Positions 9,357 to 16,960 are shown, numbered from the stretch's first letter. The stretch: 64,000 nt of DNA from an uncultured Eubacteriales bacterium (GCA_905205975.1 CAJLFQ010000002.1:10134-74133), one strand, 5' to 3'. A program made the numbers and translations. The notes: generated from the sequence alone by a model not told the origin.

Positions 9357-10374
9357 AATTGCACTGCATCAACTCGAATCGCTGTTTGCGGCCATCGAAG
9401 AGAACGCTGCGCTGTACCTGCCGGTCGATACGGCCGCCGGTGCAAAGTTCGAACGCTGGGCGCGCGGGAAAACGCTGTCCGACGCGCTGAACACCGTGCG
9501 CGGCCCGAAGGATTTCTTCTTTCCGCAGACGGAAAACCTGATGGACTTCAAAGTTGAAGGCAAACAGATTGAAATCATTGACACGCGCAAAGAAAGCGAA
9601 GATTTCGTCGTGTTCGGCGTCCGCGCCTGCGACGTCAAGAGCTTTGACATTCTGGACCGCGTCTTCCTGTCGGAGCCGGTCGATACCTATTACAAAAACC
9701 GCCGGGAACACGGCGTGATTTTCTCGCTCGCCTGCACGCGGCCGGCCGAAACCTGCTTCTGCGGGACGTTCGGCATCGACGCCGCAAACCCGGCCGGCGA
9801 CGTCGCCTGCTGGAAGACGGAAGACGCGCTCTATCTGGATGCGAAGACCGAAAAGGGCGCGGCGCTGCTTGCAAAGCTTGAAGCCGTGACCGAACCGGCC
9901 GAAACCGAACCGGTTGAAGCGCAGAAAGCGCAGACCGCCGAACGGCTGGCAAAGCTGCCGCTCGCTGACCTGAAGGCGGACGCCTTCGGCGACGGCAAGA
10001 CGTCGGCGTTCTTCAACGCGCCGGAGTGGAAATCGCTTTCGGAATCCTGCCTCGGCTGCGGCACCTGCACGTTTGTCTGCCCGACCTGCCAATGCTACGA
10101 TATCAAGGATTTCAACACCGGACACGGCGTCAAGCGCTTCCGCTGCTGGGATTCGTGCATGTATTCCGAATTTACCAAGATGTCGGCCGGTCAGCCGCGA
10201 CTGACGCAGCTGGAACGGTTCCGTCAGCGGTTCATGCACAAACTCGTTTATTATCCGACCAACAACGACGGGCTCTTCTCCTGCGTCGGCTGCGGCCGCT
10301 GCGTCGCAAAGTGCCCGATTCAGATGAACATCGTCAAAGTCATGAAAACGCTGGGAGGCCGAGAACATGCCTGA
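9349..10374 (+). CDS. AsrA/HydB-like 4Fe-4S protein (FlxB/C-like)
   Basis: FGVRACD, CTRPAETCFCGTFG, CLGCGTCTFVCPTCQCYD and CVGCGRCVAKCP motifs. aggagg RBS 8 nt before ATG 9349 (the track start at 9343 is also possible). Overlaps the upstream gene. Confidence 0.8.
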   Translation: MRKIALHQLESLFAAIEENAALYLPVDTAAGAKFERWARGKTLSDALNTVRGPKDFFFPQTENLMDFKVEGKQIEIIDTRKESEDFVVFGVRACDVKSFDILDRVFLSEPVDTYYKNRREHGVIFSLACTRPAETCFCGTFGIDAANPAGDVACWKTEDALYLDAKTEKGAALLAKLEAVTEPAETEPVEAQKAQTAERLAKLPLADLKADAFGDGKTSAFFNAPEWKSLSESCLGCGTCTFVCPTCQCYDIKDFNTGHGVKRFRCWDSCMYSEFTKMSAGQPRLTQLERFRQRFMHKLVYYPTNNDGLFSCVGCGRCVAKCPIQMNIVKVMKTLGGREHA

Positions 10375-11200
10375 AATGAAAGAACCGCTGATCCCGGCGA
10401 TCGGCGTTGTGACCGACATCCGCATCGACACGCCGGACGTCAAGACGTTCCGCGTCGTGACGCCGGACGGCAAAAAAGCGTTTGAGCATAAGCCCGGCCA
10501 GTGCGCCATGCTGTCGATTCCCGGCGTCGGCGAAGCGATGTTTTCCATCACCTCGTCGCCGACGAATGAAGCATTTATGGAGTTTTCCATCAAAAAGTGC
10601 GGCTGCGTGACCGAATGGCTCCATTCGATGGAGGTCGGCCAGCAGATTACGATCCGCGGGCCCTACGGCAACGGCTTCCCGGTCGATACAGCGTTCACCG
10701 GACACGACCTGCTGTTCATCGCCGGCGGCATCGGTCTTGCGCCGCTGCGCTCCGTCATCAACTACTGCCGCCACTACCGCGACCGTTACGGCAAGATCGA
10801 CATCGTCTACGGCTCCCGCAGCATGCAGGACCTCGTCGATTACCGTGAAATCGTCGAAGAGTGGACGAAGGATACCGGCGTCAGCGTCCATCTGACGATC
10901 GACCGCGAACAGCCGGAATGGGACGGCCATGTCGGATTCGTCCCGAATTACGTCAAAGAGCTGGCTTTCCCGACGGACAAAATTGCCATTCTCTGCGGCC
11001 CGCCGATCATGATCAAGTTTACGCTGGCCGGCTTGCAGGAGCTGGGCTTTGACAAAACGCAGGTGTATACGACGATGGAACTGCGCATGAAGTGCGGCAT
11101 CGGCAAATGCGGCCGGTGCAACATCGGCGCGAAGTACGTCTGCAAAGACGGTCCGGTTTTCCGCTGCGACCAGCTCGACGAACTGCCGAACGAATATTAA
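10367..11200 (+). CDS. FAD/NAD(P)H-binding ferredoxin-reductase-type subunit with C-terminal 2Fe-2S (AsrB/HydG/FlxA/PyrK-like)
   Basis: FNR-like fold (FEHKPGQCAML, FSITSSP, LLFIAGGIGLAPLRS). C-terminal CGIGKCGRCN cluster motif. Overlaps the upstream gene by 8 nt. gggagg RBS. Confidence 0.85.
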   Translation: MPEMKEPLIPAIGVVTDIRIDTPDVKTFRVVTPDGKKAFEHKPGQCAMLSIPGVGEAMFSITSSPTNEAFMEFSIKKCGCVTEWLHSMEVGQQITIRGPYGNGFPVDTAFTGHDLLFIAGGIGLAPLRSVINYCRHYRDRYGKIDIVYGSRSMQDLVDYREIVEEWTKDTGVSVHLTIDREQPEWDGHVGFVPNYVKELAFPTDKIAILCGPPIMIKFTLAGLQELGFDKTQVYTTMELRMKCGIGKCGRCNIGAKYVCKDGPVFRCDQLDELPNEY

Positions 11201-11327
11201 GGAGACCGCCGGACGGGCTTTTCGAAACGTCTGCGCGGCTCTCCCGAAAAACTTTTCTGTCCCTTCTGTCCCATGGATCCCAAGCACATCCAACCAATCC
11301 CACTCACACCACAAAAGGAGTGTATGC

Positions 11328-12005
11328 ATGATGGAAAACATGGTCAACGTCTTCCTGTTCGGGAAGCAGTATACGGTCCCGGGCGATCTGACGATTATGC
11401 GTGCCATGGAATATGCCGGCTATCAGCTGATTCGCGGCTGCGGCTGCCGGAACGGATTCTGCGGCGCCTGCGCGACCATCTACCGCATCAAAGGCGACCG
11501 GGAACTCAAAACGTGCCTCGCCTGTCAGACCAAGGTTGAAAACAACATGTATGTCGCGACCCTGCCGTTCTTCCCGCTGGTCAAACAGGTCTACGACATC
11601 AACAAAGTCAAACCCACCGAACAGATCATGATGCAGCTCTATCCGGAGATCTACGCCTGCGTTGGCTGCAACGCCTGCACGAAGAGCTGCACCCAGTCGC
11701 TGAACGTCATGCAGTACATCGCCTATGCCCAGCGCGGCGAATTTGACAAGTGCGCAGAAGAATCGTTCGACTGCGTGATGTGCGGCGTCTGTTCGTCCCG
11801 CTGCCCGGCCGGGATTTCGCATCCGCAGGTCGCCATGCTGGCGCGCCGCCTGAACGGCAAATACCTCGCCCCGAAGAGCGAACATCTGGAAGAACGCGTC
11901 AAGGAAATCAAAGACGGCACGTTCAACGACCTGATCGAAGCGCTGATGGGCAAACCGGTCGAAGAACTCAAAGAACTCTACAACAACCGCGAAATCGAAA
12001 AGTGA
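11328..12005 (+). CDS. frdB: Succinate dehydrogenase/fumarate reductase iron-sulfur subunit-like protein
   Basis: N-terminal 2Fe-2S motif CGCRNGFCGACATIY..C. Then CVGCNACTKSC and CVMCGVCSSRCPAG. aaggag RBS 7 nt upstream. Confidence 0.8.
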   Translation: MMENMVNVFLFGKQYTVPGDLTIMRAMEYAGYQLIRGCGCRNGFCGACATIYRIKGDRELKTCLACQTKVENNMYVATLPFFPLVKQVYDINKVKPTEQIMMQLYPEIYACVGCNACTKSCTQSLNVMQYIAYAQRGEFDKCAEESFDCVMCGVCSSRCPAGISHPQVAMLARRLNGKYLAPKSEHLEERVKEIKDGTFNDLIEALMGKPVEELKELYNNREIEK

Positions 12006-12018
12006 GGTGGCTCTGACC

Positions 12019-13614
12019 ATGTACGCGAACGAATTTCAGGAATCCCTCAAGGCGGTCGAAGCCGCCCGTCAAGCCAACATCGCCTATGAACCGGCGCGCA
12101 TGACCGCGCAGGAGAAAGACGATCTGCTGGCAGCCTATCACCCGGACTACAAGAAAAGCGAATTTTCAACGCTGAAAATCGGCCCGAACAAGGGCGAAAA
12201 TGTCCCGCATGAACTGTGCGATATGCTTCAGGCGCACAGCCGCATCTCCGCGGAAGACGTCGACCTCGAAGACATCCGCTATGACGTCGATGTGCTGATC
12301 ATCGGCGGCGGCGGCGCAGGCGCTTCTGCGGCTATTGAAGCCGACAACGCGGGCGCAAAAACCATGATCGTGACGAAGCTCCGCATCGGCGACGCCAACA
12401 CCATGATGGCAGAAGGCGGCATTCAGGCTGCCGACAAGCCGAACGACTCTCCGGCGATCCACTTCCTGGATGCCTTCGGCGGCGGTCATTTTGCGGCCAA
12501 ACGCGAACTGCTCGCCAAGCTCGTCTGCGATGCGCCGGAAGCCATTCAGTGGCTCAACGATCTGGGCGTCGAATTCGACAAAGCGCCGGACGGCACCATG
12601 ATCACCACCCACGGCGGCGGCACCTCCCGCAAGCGGATGCATGCCGCGAAAGACTACTCCGGCGCCGAAATCATGCGTACGCTCCGCGACGAAGTGCTGA
12701 ACCGCGGAATCCCGGTCGTTGATTTCACGTCGGCGGTCGAACTGATCCTCGATGAAAACGGCAGAGCCGCCGGAGCCGTCCTCATGAACATGGAGACGAA
12801 AGAGCTGATGGTTGCCCGCGCGAAAACCGTCATTTTGGCGACGGGCGGCGCAGGCCGGATGCATTATCAGGGCTTCCCGACCTCGAACCACTACGGCGCG
12901 ACGGCAGACGGTCTGGTGCTCGGCTACCGTGCAGGCGCAAAACTGCTGTATGCCGACACGCTGCAATACCATCCGACGGGCGCGGCCTTCCCGCAGCAGA
13001 TCTTTGGTGCGCTCGTCACCGAAAAAGTCCGCTCGCTCGGCGCGAAGCTCGTCAACCGCGACGGCAAAGTCTTCATGCACCCGCTGGAAACACGCGACGT
13101 TGCGGCGGCTTCGATCATCCGTGAATGCTCCGACCGCGATGAAGGCGTCGATACCGGCAGCGGCAAGGCCGTCTGGCTCGACACGCCGATGATTGAGGCC
13201 ATCGGCGGCGAGGGGACGATTGAACGCCGCATCCCGGCCATGATGCGTATGTTCGGCAGCTACGGCATCGACATCCGCAAAGAGCCGATCCTCGTCTACC
13301 CTACACTGCACTATCAGAACGGCGGTTTGGACATCCGCGTGGACGGCATGACGCCGAACGTGGAAAACCTGTATGTCGCGGGCGAAGCCGTCGGCGGCAT
13401 CCACGGCCGCAACCGCCTGATGGGCAACTCACTGCTGGACGTCATCGTCTTCGGGCGCAGCGCCGGTCAGCATGCCGCCGTGCAGGCGAGAACGGTCAGC
13501 AACGGTCGCCTGACGCTTGCCCACATCGCCGCGTTTGACGCGGAGCGGGCGGCGGCCGGCATCGAAACCGACCTCGTCTCGCCGAAACTCCTGCCGGATT
13601 ACCGCCGGAAATAA
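12019..13614 (+). CDS. frdA: Fumarate reductase/succinate dehydrogenase flavoprotein-like subunit (soluble type, non-covalent FAD predicted)
   Basis: DVLIIGGGGAGASAAIEA dinucleotide fold. Active-site-like motifs HPTG, VRSLGA, LHYQNGGL and HGRNRLMGNSL. The ATG at 12019 has an RBS (gaggtgg), whereas the track start at 12007 is GTG. There is a ~95-aa N-terminal extension. Confidence 0.85.
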   Translation: MYANEFQESLKAVEAARQANIAYEPARMTAQEKDDLLAAYHPDYKKSEFSTLKIGPNKGENVPHELCDMLQAHSRISAEDVDLEDIRYDVDVLIIGGGGAGASAAIEADNAGAKTMIVTKLRIGDANTMMAEGGIQAADKPNDSPAIHFLDAFGGGHFAAKRELLAKLVCDAPEAIQWLNDLGVEFDKAPDGTMITTHGGGTSRKRMHAAKDYSGAEIMRTLRDEVLNRGIPVVDFTSAVELILDENGRAAGAVLMNMETKELMVARAKTVILATGGAGRMHYQGFPTSNHYGATADGLVLGYRAGAKLLYADTLQYHPTGAAFPQQIFGALVTEKVRSLGAKLVNRDGKVFMHPLETRDVAAASIIRECSDRDEGVDTGSGKAVWLDTPMIEAIGGEGTIERRIPAMMRMFGSYGIDIRKEPILVYPTLHYQNGGLDIRVDGMTPNVENLYVAGEAVGGIHGRNRLMGNSLLDVIVFGRSAGQHAAVQARTVSNGRLTLAHIAAFDAERAAAGIETDLVSPKLLPDYRRK

Positions 13615-13635
13615 AACAGAAAGCCAGGGAATAAC

Positions 13636-13944
13636 ATGACAGATTTTCTTGAGGCCATGACCATCTTCTGCTTTGGTCTTTCGTGGCCGATCTCCATCCG
13701 CAAATCGCTCGTCTCCCGCACGGCAAAGGGCAAGAGCCTGTTCTTTGAAATCTTCCTCCTGATCGGCTACGCCTGCGGCATCGCCCGCAAGGTGATCCAG
13801 ACGGTAGAGGGCAGCAGCGGCTTCCTCTTCTATCTGAGCTTCTTCTTCTATGTGCTGAACTTCATCGAGATCTCCATCGACGTCATGCTGTACTTCCGGA
13901 ACAAAAAGCTGGACGAAGCGGCGGAAGCGGCACAGCTGGCATAA
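13636..13944 (+). CDS. Small 3-TM membrane protein (PQ-loop/SemiSWEET-like, tentative)
   Basis: 102 aa with three hydrophobic segments and a WPISIRK loop reminiscent of a PQ-loop. Begins 21 nt after frdA. Function not established. Confidence 0.5.
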   Translation: MTDFLEAMTIFCFGLSWPISIRKSLVSRTAKGKSLFFEIFLLIGYACGIARKVIQTVEGSSGFLFYLSFFFYVLNFIEISIDVMLYFRNKKLDEAAEAAQLA

Positions 13945-13992
13945 CCTGCAGTTTTTCCACAGTCCGGCGATCATCAATCAAAGGCGGTACCT

Positions 13993-14622
13993 ATGAAACA
14001 GGCAGAAGTATCCCGGGCGACCATCGGCCGGATCCCGACATATCTGAAATACCTGAAGAGCATCCGGCACACGGAGACCATTTCGGCAACGGCCCTCGCG
14101 CATGCGCTTGGGCTGGGCGAGGTGCAGGTGCGGAAGGATCTGAGCGCCGTCTCCGGCGCGGGGCGCCCGCGGGTCGGATACCATACGCGTCAGCTGATCC
14201 GTGCGTTTGAATCCTTCCTGAGCGGAGACGACAGCCTTGTCGTCATCGCCGGCGCGGGGAAGCTCGGCCGGGCGCTGCTCGATTACGGCGGGTTTGACGA
14301 ATACGGTCTGCACGTTGCAGCGGCGTTCGATATCGCCGTTCAAACGGCGGAACAAAGCAACACCGGCAAGCCGGTTTTCCCCATGCGGGAGCTGGCGGAT
14401 TTCTGCCGGACGCACGCGGTCCGCATCGGCGTCATCGCCGTCCCGGCGGAAGCGGCGCAGTCGGTCTGCGACCAGTTTCTGACCTGCGGGATTCAGGCGA
14501 TCTGGTGCTTTGCACCGTGTATGCTGCATGTGCCGGAAGGGTTCCCGGTGCAGTATGAAAACATGGCGCTGTCGCTGGCGCATCTGAACAAAAAAATCCA
14601 GTGCGCAGAGACGCCCAAATAG
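13993..14622 (+). CDS. rex: Redox-sensing transcriptional repressor Rex
   Basis: N-terminal winged-helix VSRATIGRIPTYLKYL. Rossmann VVIAGAGKLGRALL. 209 aa. Confidence 0.9.
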   Translation: MKQAEVSRATIGRIPTYLKYLKSIRHTETISATALAHALGLGEVQVRKDLSAVSGAGRPRVGYHTRQLIRAFESFLSGDDSLVVIAGAGKLGRALLDYGGFDEYGLHVAAAFDIAVQTAEQSNTGKPVFPMRELADFCRTHAVRIGVIAVPAEAAQSVCDQFLTCGIQAIWCFAPCMLHVPEGFPVQYENMALSLAHLNKKIQCAETPK

Positions 14623-14663
14623 AACGCGCAACCTGATTAGAAACCAGAAAGGACATCGATTTT

Positions 14664-14909
14664 ATGAAAGTAACCGTTTGTATCGGCTCTTCCTGCCATG
14701 TCAAAGGTTCGCACAGCGTGGTCAAACAGCTGCAGGAACTGATTCAGGAAAAAGGCCTTGAAGACAAAATTGAGCTTGCCGGCACGTTCTGCATGGGCAA
14801 ATGCCAGCTCGGCGTCTGCACAACCGTAGACGGCGAATTCTATTCCGTGACGCCCGAAACGACGAAAGCGTTTTTTGAAAACGACATCCTGCCGAAGCTT
14901 GATGCATAA
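14664..14909 (+). CDS. Thioredoxin-like [2Fe-2S] ferredoxin-type protein
   Basis: 81 aa with a CIGSSCHVKG...CMGKC Cys pattern. Sits immediately upstream of the hydrogenase. Confidence 0.7.
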   Translation: MKVTVCIGSSCHVKGSHSVVKQLQELIQEKGLEDKIELAGTFCMGKCQLGVCTTVDGEFYSVTPETTKAFFENDILPKLDA

Positions 14910-14945
14910 GAAACGTTCGCCAATTTCTGTTTTTGGAGGTTTACC

Positions 14946-16370
14946 ATGCGGAAATTCGATACGAAAGTACAATTACTGAAATACAAAGTCCTGCGGGAAG
15001 TCGCCCGTCAGGCATGGCAGGGAACGCTGACCGAAAACCTTCTGGACATTCCGAAGACGATCATCCCGGGCAACACGCCGACAATGCGCTGCTGCATCTA
15101 CAAGGAGCGGGCGATCATCGAGGAACGCGTCAAAGTCGCCATGGGCGGAGACAAGTCGAATCCGAACGTCATCGAGGTCATCGAAATCGCCTGCGACGAA
15201 TGCCCGATCGGCGGCTGCGAAGTGACCAACGCCTGCCGCGGCTGTCTGGCGCACCGCTGCGAAGACGCCTGTCGGTTCGGCGCCATCTCGTTTGACGATC
15301 AGCACGTCGCGCACATTGATAAGACCAAGTGCAAAAACTGCGGCGCCTGCTCGAAAGTCTGCCCGTATACGGCGATTGTCAGCCGGAAGCGCCCGTGCGA
15401 AAATGCGTGCAAGATCAAGGCCATCGAGATGAACGAAAACAAGACGGCCGGCATCGATAACAGCAAATGCATCGCCTGCGGCGCCTGCGTCTACCAGTGC
15501 CCGTTCGGCGCCATTATGGACAAATCGTTCATTTTGGACGTCATCGACATTCTCAAAAAGAGCGAAAACAACACGCAGTATAAAGTGTTTGCCGTGGTTG
15601 CGCCGGCGATTTCGAGCCAGTTTACCTATGCGAAGCTTGGTCAGGTCATCACCGGGCTGAAAGAACTTGGCTTCCACACCGTCGTCGAAGCGGCGCTCGG
15701 CGCCGATATGGTCGCCAATGCAGAGTCCAAGGAACTGGCTGAAAAGGGCTTTTTGACCAGTTCCTGCTGCCCGGCGTTTGTCAGCTACATCGAAAAATCC
15801 TTCCCGGAGCTGAAGCCGTTTGTTTCCCACAACCTGTCGCCGATGGCGACGATCGCAAAATACATCAAGGAGCATGAGGCACCCTGCAAGGTCGTTTTCA
15901 TCGGCCCCTGCACGGCGAAGAAAGCCGAAGCGCAGCGGGAGGAAGTCAAACCGTATGTCGATGCGGTCATGACGTTTGAAGAGCTTCAGGCGCTGTTCGA
16001 CAGCAAGGATATGGATATCACGGCGCTGCCGGAAAACCTGCTGGACAACGCGTCGTATTTCGGCCGGATCTTTGCCCGTTCCGGCGGGCTGAGCGATGCC
16101 GTGCGCGAAGGCCTGAAGGAAAACGGCATCGAAGATTTCGAGCTGAAGCCGTGCGCCTGCGATGGCATTGAAGCGTGCCGCATCGCGCTGCTGAAAAAAT
16201 CAAAGAATCTCCTGACCGAAAACTTCATCGAGGGGATGGCGTGTACCGGCGGCTGCATCGGCGGCGCCGGGTGCTTGACCCACGGCGAGAAAAACAAGGC
16301 GGACGTCGACCGCTATGGCAAAGAGGCGTTTGAAAAAACCATCTCCGACGCCATTTCTGCGCTGGAATAA
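14946..16370 (+). CDS. [FeFe] hydrogenase catalytic subunit (monomeric, multi-ferredoxin-domain type)
   Basis: H-cluster motifs TSCCPAFV, FIGPCTAKK and MACTGGCIGGAGC. Upstream ferredoxin motifs CKNCGACSKVCPY and CIACGACVYQCPFGA. Confidence 0.9.
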   Translation: MRKFDTKVQLLKYKVLREVARQAWQGTLTENLLDIPKTIIPGNTPTMRCCIYKERAIIEERVKVAMGGDKSNPNVIEVIEIACDECPIGGCEVTNACRGCLAHRCEDACRFGAISFDDQHVAHIDKTKCKNCGACSKVCPYTAIVSRKRPCENACKIKAIEMNENKTAGIDNSKCIACGACVYQCPFGAIMDKSFILDVIDILKKSENNTQYKVFAVVAPAISSQFTYAKLGQVITGLKELGFHTVVEAALGADMVANAESKELAEKGFLTSSCCPAFVSYIEKSFPELKPFVSHNLSPMATIAKYIKEHEAPCKVVFIGPCTAKKAEAQREEVKPYVDAVMTFEELQALFDSKDMDITALPENLLDNASYFGRIFARSGGLSDAVREGLKENGIEDFELKPCACDGIEACRIALLKKSKNLLTENFIEGMACTGGCIGGAGCLTHGEKNKADVDRYGKEAFEKTISDAISALE

Positions 16371-16440
16371 GCGCAGCCGACGCGGCGTACCCGCGAAAAG
16401 TGAGACAAATCATAGAAACGCAAATCGTTCAAGCGTCCGA

Positions 16441-16480
16441 AAGGGCCTGCTGTCTGTGCATGACGGTGGGCCCTTTTGTT
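16441..16480 (+). terminator. Probable terminator after the hydrogenase gene
   Basis: aagggcc...ggccctt stem followed by ttgttt. The loop is long, so this is only moderate. Confidence 0.45.
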
Positions 16481-16535
16481 TGGCCGTGATTCTGCAGCTG
16501 CGGGGATGCTGGGTGGATATCGTTTGTGAGGTGAA

Positions 16536-16623
16536 CCTCGGTGGATACGCAAAGTTCCACCTCATCCGGTTCTCTGCTTTTCGGGGAAAAGCAGAGAACC
16601 ACCTTCCCCTCATAGGGGAAGGC
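16536..16623 (+). repeat. Nested-hairpin intergenic repeat, family A, variant 1
   Basis: cctcggtggatacgcaaagttccacctcatccgg + 15-bp hairpin ggttctctgcttttc/gaaaagcagagaacc + hairpin ccttcccct-cat-aggggaagg. Confidence 0.85.
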
Positions 16624-16708
16624 TTATTGCCTGCCGGCATGGCCGCTGGCTTTTCATCTGCGGGGTGTGTTCGCTTCGTTCGTAGGGAAGGCAAAGGGAA
16701 TGGAACAA

Positions 16709-16790
16709 GCCTTCCCCTGAGTAGGGGAAGGTGGCGAAAACGATTTTCCGCGAAAATCGCTTTCGCCGGATGCGGTCGAAGTTTCCCCGC
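16709..16790 (-). repeat. Nested-hairpin intergenic repeat, family A, variant 2 (inverted relative to 16536)
   Basis: gccttcccctgagtaggggaagg + ggcgaaaacgattttc/gaaaatcgctttcgcc hairpin + ggatgcggtcgaa. Confidence 0.85.
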
Positions 16791-16848
16791 GCGCCGCGGT
16801 ACAGACGAAGCGGCTTTTCGCGCTTTTGCACAAAAAACGACAGAGCTG

Positions 16849-16877
16849 TTGACAGAATCTCTTTTTTATGGTATCAT
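16849..16877 (+). promoter_or_regulatory. sigma-A type promoter for the ABC transporter genes
   Basis: TTGACA, 17-nt spacer, TATCAT, with TGg immediately upstream (extended -10). Confidence 0.6.
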
Positions 16878-16960
16878 TGTAGCCGGATAAATTGCCCTGG
16901 CCGATTTGCCGGGAAATATGCGCCGGAAGAAGATTTCCCGGCGGAAGAGGGTTCAAAAAT

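Noticed and set aside
2265-13404. Long minus-strand ORFs opposite the mdh-fumC-hdr-flx-frd genes (for example 2265-3296, 3770-4717, 5711-6817, 6854-7954, 8229-9350, 9295-10593, 10340-11407, 12166-13404).
   Set aside because: Their translations are Arg/Ala/Gly/Asp-rich low-complexity strings with no motifs and no RBS. They mirror well-supported plus-strand genes. These are typical stop-codon-poor antisense frames in GC-rich DNA.
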